Shown one piece after another: positions 39,778-52,960 of a DNA stretch of 64,000 nt. The translations under genes were made by a program, and so were the position numbers. The stretch's first letter is position 1, and every line of letters starts with the position of its first letter. The notes beneath the pieces are model-generated. The model made no database searches and was not told where the DNA came from. It saw nothing but the letters and a program-made list of their open reading frames with translations. The stretch comes from Lama guanicoe (lineage: Eukaryota), in the NCBI GenBank assembly GCA_013239625.1, contig MU054220.1:6917367-6981366 (forward strand), in the 5' to 3' direction.

Positions 39778-39952
39778 GCAGGGCCAGCCACAGAATTTGT
39801 GGACTTTGGCGCAAAATGAAATGCACGGCCTCGTGCTCAAAAAGCAGGAAAGGAGTTCCATTAATGGTGTTCAAATGCGAGACTCTTTTCCTTTCTTCTC
39901 CAGTCTCTCTATTTATCATTCAGGACTTTTTAAAATTTGCTATTTATTGTTA
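39778..39952. mobile_element. MER45-family hAT-Tip100 fragment
   Basis: 'cagggccagccacagaatttgtgg...gcaaaatgaaatgc...tcaaaaagcaggaaa'. Confidence 0.65.
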
Positions 39953-40005
39953 CAGGAGCTATAATATCGGTTAGAGGCCCACAGGTAAAACTAAAGAGTA
40001 AGAGG

Positions 40006-40083
40006 GTTCACCTTACACCAAAGATTGACTCATTGTAATTGACTGTACCTCAATTTAAAAAAATAATTAAAAAAATTTTTTAA
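40006..40083 (+). mobile_element. Extremely 5'-truncated L1 (3' tip plus A-rich tail)
   Basis: 'tacaccaaagattgactcattgtaattgactgtacctcaatt' plus A-rich tail; perfect 13-bp TSD aaagagtaagagg at 39993-40005 and 40084-40096. Confidence 0.8.
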
Positions 40084-42469
40084 AAAGAGTAAGAGGAAAT
40101 TGGTGGTCTAACCAGTCAGAGATTGCACAGGTAGAAACCCTGGAGGAAGGTCATAGGATGAGCATTGCCTGTCACCCTCTGTGAGGTAAGCCAAGACAGG
40201 AGTTTGCAGAGTGGGACGTGGTGAGTTGAAGGTGAGGATGTGAAACTGAACAAGGCGGGAGATGTAGGCACAAGGACAAGACAGTTCAGCTCTCCAAACA
40301 ATATTAAAAAAAAAAAAAAGGAAAAATGCTATGGATTGGTTTAAGCCTGCCTGTGACTGTATTAGTTTATTTTTTCTTATAACGTTCAGTGTTTCCAAGT
40401 ACAGCCAAGTCATGGTTTGGGACTGTTTCTCAAAACACGTGTCTAACAACCAACTCATTGATAAACCTGGCATTGTGATTTTGCAGTTGCAAAATTAATT
40501 AAAAATCACAGCTTGAAAGTGGAACAGACGTTTGAAAACATATGAAATTATTATTTTACATATTGCCTTTCAGTATCTCAGGATCAGCAGTAATGGTTAC
40601 ACACTGTAGAAATGCTAGTATATAACCCCCTTCTTTTTCAAACTGAACACTACCTGTAAATATTTTCTGTCTAGCTACATAGTCTGAAATTTTATCCCTC
40701 CTTGTGAATAGATGATAACCCACAGAACAGAAGGATTCTGAGTTTTCTAAGATTTATCCCCAGGTGAGATACCTGGGTTTGTTTTCTTGGCATTCCTCCC
40801 AATACATAAAATTTCCAGGAACGTCAGTATTTCGCACATATGATTTTATTCTTTTCAATATTTAAGCATTCTTTTGCAGGTGATTTTATTGGGAGGTGTC
40901 AAGACAACATACCATTGTTAAAAGATAAAAACAAAACAGAATTAACATAAATTACTGTTAACCAAACAAAAACAGAACAGAACAAAACAAACATAAATAA
41001 AAGAATAAAAACTCCAACCCTGCTAGGAACATCAGCTAGGTTTAACATAGAGTCAACCCCGCTGATGGTTAGTCTTTGAAGACAGCTGCATTTTTAAAAA
41101 AAATCACCAATATTGTTAGAAATATTTCTAATAAAACAATACAGTCCAATCCCCCCAAAGTTATTTCATCATTCACTTTGCAGAAGATAACTCCAATTTG
41201 ATAGAAAACGAATTTCCACAGAATTTGCACTGAGTTATAGTTTTCACTGGAGTTTCCGTATTTGAACACATTGTCATTTGATGGGGCAATTTTCTGTTGG
41301 TGTGATTAGCCAGTTTAGACTTACCATAACCTATTTGCTGTGCCACAAAGAGAATGGTTTCAAAACGAAGAGAAGGGGGAAAGATTCAAAGGAATGAAAA
41401 CAGAAAGACCGGCCTCATGCGTGAAGGAGGTAAACAGTTTAGGAAAATATCAGTATCGCCTGCCTGCACAATTATTCACTGGACAGTATCTGGGAGCACA
41501 AGGTCACATTTAAGTGGCAATAATACACCTGAAATAGTTCATGTAACAAAAAGAAGCAGTATTACCCACTCCGAAGTAGCTATCAAAACTTGTTTAACTC
41601 CTTCAGAGCAAAGTATTGAGAGGCAAGGCTTTAAAGTGAATGCTCATCTATTCAGTCCTTCATCAAATGAAAATCCCGTTTATCCAAGTTAAGATTTTTG
41701 AACTGGACTCTTATCAGTGCCATAAATTTCATCAGCAGCAATTCTTTCTGAAGTGCTGAGCCATTTAAGAGGTGAAGATTGAGGATTTGCCTTTTAATGG
41801 GGACTCTACACCTGCATTTCTTTGTAAAGATGAAGCATGTCGCCAAGTGAAAAAGGTTAGAGTGCTTGTTTGTTTTTGGTTTTGGATACTGGCAAAAATG
41901 GAGACGATGCAGATTATTGCTGATATATTTTGAGAATGGGAAACTTGAGGCACACATTCAGGAAAAGAATGTGTGTATTCCGTCCTCAGAGGACAGCTGG
42001 TAAACTTCAGAGGGCTGCAAGGATTTTTATATGGTGTTCTTTTTCCTGTACCCTTTCTTGGTCTTTCAAAAAGTGGGAAAGCAGCATATGAAACGATGGT
42101 ACCAAATTTAGGTAACACTTAGAGTTTTCTTGTTTAATAAAAAAAGAAACTTTTAGGAATTTCATCCTTGAATAAAGAAGAGATTATTCCCAGCTCAGAT
42201 ACATTGCAAAATTTCTACTTCAGTTCTGAACTCTACTGTTCTGAGATTTGGCCATGATCCTACAAACACTTAGATAATTATTATTTAGATAATTTATATT
42301 ACCTAAACATTTGTATAATTAATATTTTACTTTATCCTTAAAAAAAAAAGATCAGCTTAACTCTGGATATTAAATTGAAAATACAGTTTCTCTTCACCTA
42401 TCTGCTGCCATCTCCAAATCCAGAAAATAGTATATTATTCTTCTTAGCAGAGCTGGCCCTTATCAAATC

Positions 42470-42845
42470 TTTATTTTTTTCTTTTTCTTCCAGCTTTTCT
42501 GAGATATAATTGGCATATAACATTGTGTAAGTTTAAAGTATACAACGAGTTGATCTGATACATGTAGATTGCAAAATGATTTCCACCATAGCACTAGCCA
42601 ACAACTCCATCACATCACATAATTACAGTTTCTTATATGTGATGAGTATGTTTAAGATCTGCTTTCTTAGTGACTTTCAGTATCATGAACTACAAGCACC
42701 ATACTGAATATTTGATCCCCAGAACTTGTCTTATAACTGGAAGTTTGCACTCCAGCCCCTGATAATCACCGTTCAGCTCTCTGCTTCTGAGCTCCTCTCT
42801 AAGATTTCACCTTTAAGTGATATCACACACTAGTTCTCTTCCTCT
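42470..42845 (-). mobile_element. LINE-1 3'UTR fragment, antisense
   Basis: T-rich tail, then 'cagcttttctgagatataattggcatataacattgtgtaagtttaaagtatacaac...tccccagaactt'. Confidence 0.85.
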
Positions 42846-43158
42846 GAAGGCAGAGCTTTCTTTTCTTGTCCATTGTAGAAAAAGGTACCCCTGTTTGGAA
42901 CGAACAGGCTTCTGGGGAAGCTCTATGAACCCAGTGGTACTATTAGTTGAGAGGATGGCATGAACAACCACATGACATTGTGCAAAGAGCACTGTTCTTA
43001 GTCTTCTTTTAATCTTAGTGCTTTCATTTATTCAGTCTGTGACCTTGATAATAAAATGTAATTTTATTGGATTATAAATATGTTCTGTTAAGATATTAAA
43101 AGTAGCTAATATCCATTGATTGAAACAAGGAATTTTACCCTTTTGTAACTATTAAAGG

Positions 43159-43255
43159 TTATATATCATCTTTATATATATATATATTATATATATATAA
43201 AATGAGATTTTATATATATATATGTTTATGTTTATGTGTGTATATATATATAAAA
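43159..43255. repeat. (TA)n-rich low-complexity tract with inverted symmetry
   Basis: Several TA runs; perfect 16-bp stem at 43188-43203 / 43207-43222. Confidence 0.85.
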
Positions 43256-43324
43256 TTCTCTGTTCTCATCCAGCACCCAAGACAAGGACTCTTACCAGAT
43301 GATTTAGTGCTCCTCACCTTTGGG

Positions 43325-43430
43325 CTATAGCAGTAAACTGCCTGAAAACTACTGGGTTAAAATAATAAACATTTACTTAGCTCACAATTCTGTCAGTCAG
43401 TAAATTTGACTGAACTTAACTGCATTGTTC
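43325..43430 (-). mobile_element. MLT1-type LTR fragment
   Basis: 'aaaactactgggttaaaaataataaacatttacttagctcacaattctgtcagtcag'. Confidence 0.5.
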
Positions 43431-44654
43431 TTAGTTTTGCTCAATTATGCGTTTTGGTTGGCTGGAAATGAGGCTGGATACACAGAAGGGAATAGAATAA
43501 AACATGAAAAGTCTGCTAACCCACCCTTTAGTTACATCCGGAAGGACCTCTTTAAGGAACAATTAGACTGGATCCTAGAACGTGAAAAGGAGTTAACAGT
43601 AAAAACGAGTGGAAACGGGCTACAGAAAATACTTAGACAGGAGGAACAGCTATTGGAAAGGAATGGAAATAGAAGAAAGCATGGTATATTTTGAAGATTG
43701 AAAGTAGTATAGTGTCTTAATTTTAAGACACTACCAGTGCACCATTCATTCAACATCAGAGGGGGGGGGGTTGGATAATACAGAGTGAATGGTAAGCAAC
43801 CGAATTCAGAAATTATAAATTATTTGGTGCAAACTGCAACTTATATGTCAGAAAATAAAATTCTTGCATGCAGAGGAGTTGGTTAGAGATGGAAAGTAGC
43901 AAAGGATGAGGATACAGTCCTCAACAGGGACCAGATCAATACACTGAAGGCAACGAGATGCTAGAAGACAGTGACTTGCTTCAAGGAGAGTGACATAGTC
44001 AAACTGGAGTCATTAAAACACTACTCATTATTACTCATTTTCTATGTATGGAGCTGATTGGCTGGAAACTACCCTGGAGTTTGGGTAGCTGGATTTAAGA
44101 ACCTATGCCAATAATCCTGATTAGGTATATAAGTTCCCTGGGTTCCCTGGATGAAGGCAGAAATAGAGATGGAGGAAAATTAATAGATTTTTAAAAATTA
44201 GAAATTAAAGTGGAAAATATTTGAAAATTGATTTAAGTCAAGAATGCTTTATTAACTCTTCAGGCATTTTATCATCCATATACTCTCAGTCTTAGGACTC
44301 ATTTCCCCTTGACGCCAGTAGCATTTTTTTTTCTCATTTTCTTTCATCTTGAAACATACATACACACACACACCCACACACCCCACTGGAAAAGCTCATT
44401 TTAACAAACAGCCTCACCATTTTCTTTTCCCTTAGTCTCAGTCATAGCTTTAACTACCTCTACATCCTCTCCTCAACTCTGTTTCTGCCAATCTCAGGTG
44501 AGTTACTATGATTGACATGAACTTGGGCCAGAAAGCAAAAGGAACAGAAGGCAGAGATTTAAACTGCATTCTTTTGGGGGGGATGCTTTCCTTTAGAGGG
44601 GCACTCCTTGTTAGCTTGGAGAGTCAGCTTGTCCAAACACATTATAAATATAGA

Positions 44655-44860
44655 CAATGGCTGACAGGACTGGACAGGGATTAACTGGAACTAGGCGCCA
44701 GACAACATTTTGGAGTGATGAAAATGTTCTAAAGTCGGATTGTAGTGATGATTGCACAACTCTATAACTCTACTAAGAATTGTAAGATTTTTACACTTGC
44801 AGTGGCTGAATTTTGTGGCCTATAATTATACCTTATCAACACTGTTTTAAAAAGAAGAAG
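44655..44860 (+). mobile_element. Old L1 (L1MB/ME-like) 3' end
   Basis: 'ttttggagtgatgaaaatgttctaaa...gtagtgatgattgcacaactct...aattatacctt'; flanking direct repeat aaatataga at 44646-44654 and 44861-44869. Confidence 0.8.
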
Positions 44861-45442
44861 AAATATAGAAAGGTCACTATAGGTCGTTGCTATTTACTTT
44901 CTAGGCATTTCCATAGACCTATTTAATGCTTGCCTAGAATATCTGCTGTATTTTCTATTGCTTCATTCATTATAGCTTAACCAAGTCAGAGACTTCAAAA
45001 TTATCACATTTCTTTTAAAGATTTCTGTGACAAGGGACTTTTTGTCCAATAAGTTTGCAGTAAAAAAAGAAAAACAGCACTAACGAACAAGTGCCTGCCG
45101 TGTGCCGACCGCGGGCCAGGCTCTTTTCTAGGTGCTGGCTGTTCAACCATGAACGAAACCAAACAAAAAAATCTCCAATTACACAGCTCTGATTAAAATT
45201 GCACCTTATAGAGTTTATTGATTTGCAACATTTATAAAATACATGTAGGAAGTTTGAATCTGTGTCATTCATACAATTAAAAGTGCTCTCACTTCTCAAA
45301 GTCCCTTTAGAAAGTGAGTTGAGAGGCTTTTTCATGGTGGTGTGGCTTTGCTCATCTCTCCTCCACAAATATTTTATTGCTAATCTTTTCTAGTCTCTTG
45401 GTGTGCGTCTGTGGGTGGTGGGGGGTGGGGATTTGTGATTTT

Positions 45443-45520
45443 GTGCATGCGTGTGTGTGTGCATGTGTGTGTGAGAGAGAGAGGAAAAGGGAGAGAGAAG
45501 CAGATATTGGTGTATGTGCG

Positions 45521-45554
<34 letters not shown>
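45443..45554. repeat. Compound (TG)n/(GA)n microsatellite
   Basis: Seen directly; pure TG run at ~45523-45554. Confidence 0.93.
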
Positions 45555-45555
<1 letters not shown>

Positions 45556-45961
45556 TGTCCCCTGAGGAAGTAAGAAGTAAATCATTTTATGCCTGAAAAT
45601 GATTACTGATAAGATTTTCCCTCGTAAAAGCATCTTCAATAGATGGACAGTCAGGACCCGCAGTCAGATTTAATAAAAATAAGGAGATGTAGAATTTTAA
45701 AATATAACTGACATTTTAAAAGACTTCCCATTACTCAGGTGTATTTCCTAATCAAAAATACTTTGCCTGACACATACAAAGTGTTCCCTGTGTTTTAGAT
45801 CTTTCCTGCCTCCCAGGGGCCATATTTGGGAAGCCAGTTCAGGCATGGGGTAGAGAGATGGGTTGAGAGAAAGATTTCAGAAGGCCAAATCTCAACTAGG
45901 GAGCAAGAAAATGAAAGATGGTGCAGTTTTAATATTTCAGAGGGTTTTAGAGGATGTAGAG

Positions 45962-46214
45962 CAGAGTTTCTCAAAAGTGGTGCTACTGCCATTTTGAGCC
46001 AGACAATTTCTTTTTTTTTTTTTTCCCCTGAGGGGCTCTTCTATGAATTGTAGGATGTTTAGCAACATCCCTGGTCTTCACTGACTTGATATTGGTAGCC
46101 CTTCCTCCCAGCTGCGATAACCAAAAATATCTCTAAATCTAGCCAAATGTCTTCTAAGGGCTAAGACCACCTTTTTCTCTGCTCTCCCCACTCAATACCA
46201 GTTCCAAGCTACTG
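45962..46214. mobile_element. MER20 hAT-Charlie element (opposite orientation to the 38918 copy)
   Basis: 'cagagtttctcaa...ctactgccattttg...gtaggatgtttagcaacatccctgg...aaccaaaaatatctct...ccaaatgtc'. Confidence 0.85.
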
Positions 46215-46242
46215 GTGTAGACGAAGAGCTATAGCAGATTAG

Positions 46243-46370
46243 AAGGGAAACGTGTGTCCTGGTTTGCCTGGGAAAGTCCTGGTTTCTTCCTGTTATCTTG
46301 ACATGACTATTAATACTGACCATTTCCCTTCCAATCGTCTGTTTTTATATAACCTAGATGACCAGCCTGG
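46243..46370. mobile_element. MER94-like hAT-Blackjack element
   Basis: 'tgtcctggtttgcctgggaaagtcctggttt...cctgttatc...tattaata'. Confidence 0.65.
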
Positions 46371-46799
46371 TAACAGGCCACTTCCCCTCGATCCACACTG
46401 TGACCATGTGGCGCAGCACAGAGGCTCTTCTAGGACAATGACTCGAAAGCCTGGCTTCCCATAGCCTTTCTCTTCCATTAGGCCAAGTGGGAGTTGGCTT
46501 TATTAGCTTCAGGCTGGGAACGTTAGCTTTGCAGTATCCTTATTCAAAAGTCTAAACACGCTCTGTCTTCGAGTCAGAAGTACATGCTCCAGGCCACACT
46601 GTGATAGAAACTTACTCCGTGTTCATCTGTCTCTGATTTTCTCTAGTATCTTACCACTTTCAAGACAAAAAACTAAATCCACTCATGTTTACGTTACAGA
46701 ATTTAATCTGGCATTAAAGGTCCTTTGTGGGGAAATCCCCAAATCTCTAAAAGTAGAGCTCATTTACCATGATGATGGCCTCAGAGACTCATATGTAGT

Positions 46800-47080
46800 T
46801 AGTTACTGAATCACTCATTCATTGATTTCAAAAACATATAATGGGTACCTGCTCGATATCAGATACAGAATTAGGTGCTAAAACCCCCAAAATACGACTT
46901 CCACTCTGGAAAAGCATGTCTCCTTTTAACAAAGGAGTTTAACAGAGGAACAAACCATTGGAAAATAATGTGATTATTCCCCTACTAAGGTTATATGTTA
47001 GGTTTAGTAAGACCTTAAGGGGAATCAGAAGTCTGCCAAAATAGAGGAAGGAGTGAATCGGGTTAAGGACTGGGTGGAGG
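46800..47080 (-). mobile_element. LINE-2 3' fragment
   Basis: 'cactcattcattgatttcaaaaacatataatgggtacctgc...aggtgct'. Confidence 0.55.
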
Positions 47081-48226
47081 TGTGGAATTACTGTACCTTA
47101 AAGTTCCTTGCACTTTTCTCCTTTAGAAAGTTTAGCTGTCACAAAGGCTCCCCTTGGCGCCTTCAGCGGATGTGGGCCAGATGTGTGATACCACTTCCCA
47201 GGATCAATGAGCTAGCGCCCCTAAGCGCTCCTGGAGACCTGTGAAGTCGTTAAGGGACACAGACTTCAAACAAACGAAGTGCAGTCCTTAAGGCCAAAGG
47301 TCCAGACCGAAAATTAGAACAAAGAGCTGCTCTAGGAGCACACATTGCAGTCATAAGCGCAACCCAATGACTGACGATCTTGATTCCAAGCATCAAATAC
47401 TGGACGCATCCATCAACTTAGTTCCATGATTTGGAACTAAAATGTGAGGCGCTGAAACTTGCTGTCGTCCAGCTTTACGGGGTTAATAAGCCTCAGTCCA
47501 GGAGAGCAGTTGCTAATCCAGATAGGTGTTTTATCCCTCTTTATCCCTCTAGTAAAGACCTTTGCCTTGACTTAGATTTTTCCCTTGATAAAATTAAGAC
47601 AACAGACACATTTCCAGGGTCAGATTTCTGTGCTCATTTGCTTTACTCTTTAGAAGCAGGAGAACAAAGATAACTTGGAAGGAAATGAGACTGTGGCCAG
47701 GGAGGGTGTGGTCTGTCTTCAGCGTTAACTATTTCATATGTCAATCGTCGCGATACGATTTTACAAGCAGAAAAGTGCACCCATTAAATGAGATCCGGGG
47801 AAACGCAGCCACATTTGCAACCTGTCCATCTGCATTATCCAACCCACAGCTGTGTGAAGGTTTTCCCATCTACTGTTTGTGCAGGTAGTGTTTGCTCACA
47901 AATACTTGCTTGCTTCTAGGAATACATCGTCCTTGGGGTAGCTATTGTGTGCTGCCAGTGGGGGGGAAAAAAAAAAAACTCTGATTTCCAAATAAGAATG
48001 GTCCTGTCAACACGTTAATGGAATATTCAACCTTAAATCTCACAGGCAACCAAATTATTTTATAGATGAAACCCAAAGGCAGAGGCTTAAATTCCCACGG
48101 CTAATTAGCAGTAAACTTCAGACTAGAAATCAAATATCTCTTCATTTGGTCACATGCCCTTTCCATTGCCTAGAATGAGATCACTTCCTAGTGAGATCAC
48201 TTCGGAGCCCTGCAGCTGTAAAACTA

Positions 48227-48338
48227 AAGGGATGGACGCATCCCAGTTTGCCTGGGCCTTTTCTAGTTTCAGCACGTGAAGTTTCGGTTCCCAGGAAACC
48301 CGGCAGAACCAGGACAGCCTGGACGAGTGGTCACCCTG
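48227..48338. mobile_element. MER81-like hAT-Blackjack element
   Basis: 'catcccagtttgcctggg...tttcagcac.tgaag...cccaggaaaccc...ggacgagtggtcaccctg'. Confidence 0.75.
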
Positions 48339-49654
48339 TGACACATCTAATTTCATGTCCTTCCTCTCTCTCTCTCTTACTGACGCATACACTGGTGAGC
48401 TGAGATTTTCCTTAAGCTGGACTGTGTTTGCTTTCTTTCTTTCATACCCAGTAGGGCTGAAAAGCACTGACTGTGTTGCCCTGAAATATGGACGAGAGAA
48501 GCTTCTGCCTTGGGCTCATCCTTTGACCTTGCCCCAGGCCATGGCATGAGGGGCCTTGCAGCCAACAGGATGTGCCCACGCGGACATCAGGCTTCCTTTC
48601 TGCCCCAACGCTCCAGCTCCCGGGGAACCTGGAGATGACATGGCACACACTCTTCTGACCAGCACAGGCCTCCTCCCATTATACTTCCACCTCCCTGCGA
48701 ATGTGGCCGAGAGCAGCAATCTGCAGGGCCTGGGGAGGAAGATGTGGAAGGAAGTTGCATATGGGAGCCGGGCGTCCACACATCTGTGCACGCATTTCCT
48801 GGTGGCTTGGGAAGGAGATCAGGGTGAAGAGAAAGAGGAGGGTGAAGCCAGCTCTGGAGCCAGCTCTTCCCTTCCCTTTTCCCAAGTTCCTGCCTTCATT
48901 TCCAAGGCTTCTGAGAATTCCAAATTGAAACCCGGCTTTCTACACTAGCATGAGGGGGCATTTGTCAGGATAGGAGGCTTGGGCACTTTTTCTTTCACAG
49001 CTGGTGAGCTCGATTTATCATTTTAAGATACTTATTCCTATGGTGTTTGGGTTTGCACTTACACGATCGCCCTGGACTCTGCCACTCAGAGGAGGACGTG
49101 ACCGCTGCCTTTCCTCAGGTCAGATCCGTTCCTGTATCACGTCTAGATGTGCTGAGGAACAGCAACTCTGAGCAACAGAATAATCAAATAATACTTAGGA
49201 TGCATGAGCGACTGTTACTCTTGCTGTTTATGTCGAGGTTTTAGGGTCCATCTTGAGCTCTTTTAAACCCCATTGCTCTGGCTTACCAATAGTTCCCAAC
49301 AGAGGCAGTCAGGGAGCGATGTGGTCTGCTCTCTGGTTTTCCCCTTCATCGAAAGTAAATAAAAGGTCCTTTCCTAGGATAGATAAAGCTGGAGGAAATT
49401 GTCATCTGAGATGGATTCAGTGGAATCAGTTAAACTACATTTCTCTAGAGAGACTTATTTTTTTCTAAAATAATTCAAGTGCAAAAAAGATATTTTATGT
49501 TTTATATCACACACACAGTTTCTCACATGCATGATCTCAGTTTTCAGCCATTACATATTGCTGTGTCAGTAAATTACAGAGACATATTAACACAGTAGCC
49601 AAATCTTATCAATTCAGAATGAATCATTAAAAAAATCTAACAATTAGCATCAGT

Positions 49655-49950
49655 CACTCTTCACTGAGCATTTATAATGTATCAGTTTTGTGCTAAATGG
49701 TTCACGTCCATTGTCACAGTTAATTCCTGCAACCACCCAGTGACTGTGTGGCTCCATTATAGAAATGAGAAAACTGAGGCTTTAAAAGTGAATGTATTTT
49801 TTAAAAAAAGTGTATATCTTACCTAAGTAGTATAACTAGTATGTAGCAATTTGTCCTCTGTCAAACCATTAGTTAATTTACCCAAGAAACATTCATTGCA
49901 AACCTTCCATGTGTCATGGCCAGAGCTAGGTCGTCCTACTGTATTGAGTA
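49655..49950 (-). mobile_element. MIR SINE
   Basis: 'taattcctgcaaccaccc...ccattatagaaatgagaaaactgaggct'. Confidence 0.7.
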
Positions 49951-52369
49951 AGTGGACAACACGAGCAATTATTTATGGAATTTACTATAATCTGGGTGGC
50001 TTAGGATTTGGGAGGAATTCAGGAGAGGGGCATTGAACTCAACCCTGGGTAGAATGAATGTCTGAAAAGGTTTTCCCGTGGAGTCAAAGCTGGAGAGCTG
50101 AGTCTGACAGAAGAAACAGGCATTCTCTAAGCCTGGTGGTGTGAGGACAGACTTGTCAGGCCGAAGGAACAGCATATGCAAGGTCATGGGGGCCTGACTA
50201 TTTCTGGAAGGGGTCGAGAATAGCAGTCACTTTCCTAGGGTCAGAGGGGCTGTCACGGCAGAACGGATGGAGCGGGAGCACTTAAAACAAGATGGAGAAC
50301 ATAAAAGAAAATGATCTAGAAAACACCCATAGATTTTGTCTTTGTAGGTTCACAGTTATATAAAACATCACTGCACGAAGACCTCCTGAAATCTTACCAT
50401 TTTCCTTAATATCTTAAAAGAGGAAGAAATGAAGCCTGGATATAGTTAAGTGACTTGCTCAGCCTGACAGCTAAAAAATGAGTAGAATGCTATTCTTCTG
50501 AATTCCCAATCCCAAGGTTTAAGGCTCGAATAGTCATCTTTGAGACTGATTTTATTTTACCATAACTAATCTATCAAATACATTAGGATCTAATTTAATA
50601 AATGTTCTCTAATTGCACAGTGGATTTTAGTGAACATATTTTTGTAGAAGACTAAATGAATGCGGACAGACTGCAGTAAGGGCAGATACCCATTTGCAAA
50701 AAGATTTCTAACCATTTCATTTTCAGTAGTCACCTCATTTGTTAAATGTAAAATGCTGTGATAGTGGCAACTATTATTTGCATCTAGAGTGTGTTTTTTG
50801 AAAGGTGATCAACTCTTATGTTAAAGGTGAGACCTCTCAGATTTTTCTAGTCTGTATCACTCCCATCTCGACCGCTCGAGTCCCAGTTCTAGGACTAGCC
50901 CTAACTCTATATGGAAGGGACTGAGAGTCGACGTTTTAGATTGAATCCCAATTTATGTAGCCAAGCGTTTGTTTCATTCCTCAAACCAAGATCCCGCCTT
51001 CTATTCTGATAAATGGGCCCTCATATTATAACCTAGGCCTGTCCTTCCCTTTCCAGTCTTCTCCAAAGATGTTGAATTAAGCACTAAACTGCAGCCTATG
51101 ATCGAATTCTACTTCCTTTCTATAGATATTGTTGGTCTGGCCATCTTCTTGGATTTCTAAACACATAATGGTCGTGTATGAGCCCTTTCCACCTTCTGGG
51201 AAATAACAAACTCTTCACTCAACCCCTTGGATGCTTGTGGATACTGAGGTGTCATCTGCTATTATTGCTCTTTCTCTCAGGTGGTGTTCACTTGGATGAG
51301 GAGGGATTAATTCTGGCACCCTTCAATTAAGACCTTTGAAAAATATATTTCCCATAGGAACTTAACTGTTGCTGCCTTATGTTAAATCAGCTAGCATCCT
51401 TCCTAAAATGCAGGACACGCTAGCCCTTTATTAAGGAGGAGGGTGTGGAGTGATAGAGATTAAAAGAGGAACAACGAGATGGTGTGGTGAGAGTCCTTCA
51501 GAAGGGAACCAGGGTTCCAGGGGGTGGAGGTGAAGGGAAGCCCTGGTTTTTTTGTTTTTTTTTCCTTTTGGTGAAGTATCATTTGTAACCAGGGAAAATT
51601 CATCTAGCCAAAGAGCACAGATGTACCTCTGCTGAGGAGAACGGTTCTGTTTGCCAACTGATTTGGAAACCTGCTAGACTCCCCTTTTATTCTTAAAATC
51701 GGGCTTCTGAATTGGTCCAGCTCTCGCTCTTCGGGAGAAAAAGTTGCCAAAGAAACCTGAAGCCCACATTCTGGGAAGATGTTCTAAGCCACAGGAAATC
51801 TTTAAAGATCTATAATTGTCAAGAAGAACAGATGGAAACATAATATAATGGAAAGGTTAGCATCAGATATTGTTTTATTTAGAAAGAGCCTCTGAGCTAT
51901 TTCTAATTACAGATCACAAAAGACAGCATCCAGAGCGATCATTAGGCTGGGAGTCAGGAGCCCCGTGTTCCAGTCACATCTCTCATTGTAACTGGTTCTA
52001 GAAGGTGCCCTTGACTAAGTCAGCTGGGTTGTCCGTCCTCAGCTTGTTCAGATGTCTATTGGTGGAAATTAGTGTTTGATTTTTTACAGTCCTGTTCATC
52101 CTCTGTTCTATGAGGGCATATGAGCATCCTCTGCAAACACTATTAGTCAACAGTGAAAGTCAAAATGTAAACAAAGAAAACACAACCTAAAAAAAAAACA
52201 CTTTAAAATTGTGGGCAGTGAACATCAGTATGAATTTTAGTTTTTGCTTTTATAATTCAAACATGCATACTTCAATGTAATACAAACATTTTGTAATTAA
52301 AACAGAACAGTTTCCTAACTGTATGCCTTGTTTCCATTCTCATCCTTCTCTAGTCTTTTTTTTTTTTCT

Positions 52370-52960
52370 CTCCTGCATAACAGCTGGGATGAGCTGCCTA
52401 AAACCTAATACCATTATATTCTTTTCTTTGATACTTGCCTTGATGAATCCCTTCTGCTGGTAAGACAACATCCAAGCATCTTATCGTGGCTTCTACAGGC
52501 ATCTATGTAAACAATGTCCTTCCACCTGCCCCGATCTCATTGTCTGCAGCTTGTTACCTCTTCACTAAGTTCATCTGTAACAGCCTTCTTTCAACCCTTC
52601 CGATACCCCAAAGTCATTCCTTATGTAGGATCGTTGTGCATCCTGGTCTGTCTGCCTGCGATACCTTGTCTGAGATCTTGGCATCAATTATCCCTCCACA
52701 TCTTTGCAAACAGACCTAGTCCAACCAACCCAGCTAATGTAAGGCCCATGGCTGAGTCCTTTTTACCTTGATTCCCTATTTTCTTTCTACAAAACATCCA
52801 TTTCTAGCTCACATGGTATTTTTGACTTACATGGTCTGTCTTCTCTCATCAGAATGTGCACCCCATGCCAGCAGGGATTTTATCCTGTTCACTCCAGGGT
52901 TTAGGGTAGTACTCTGCACTTTAGGGTGTTGTCATTCCTAGAATATCCATTAAATGAACG
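52370..52960 (+). mobile_element. LINE-2 3' portion
   Basis: Pyrimidine-rich L2 body ending 'agaatgtgcaccccatgccagcagggattttatcctgttcac...taaatgaa'. Confidence 0.6.

Noticed and set aside
48377..48948. Cluster of overlapping ORFs on both strands (up to 130 aa)
   Set aside because: Locally higher GC reduces stop frequency; no known protein similarity and no consistent splice signals
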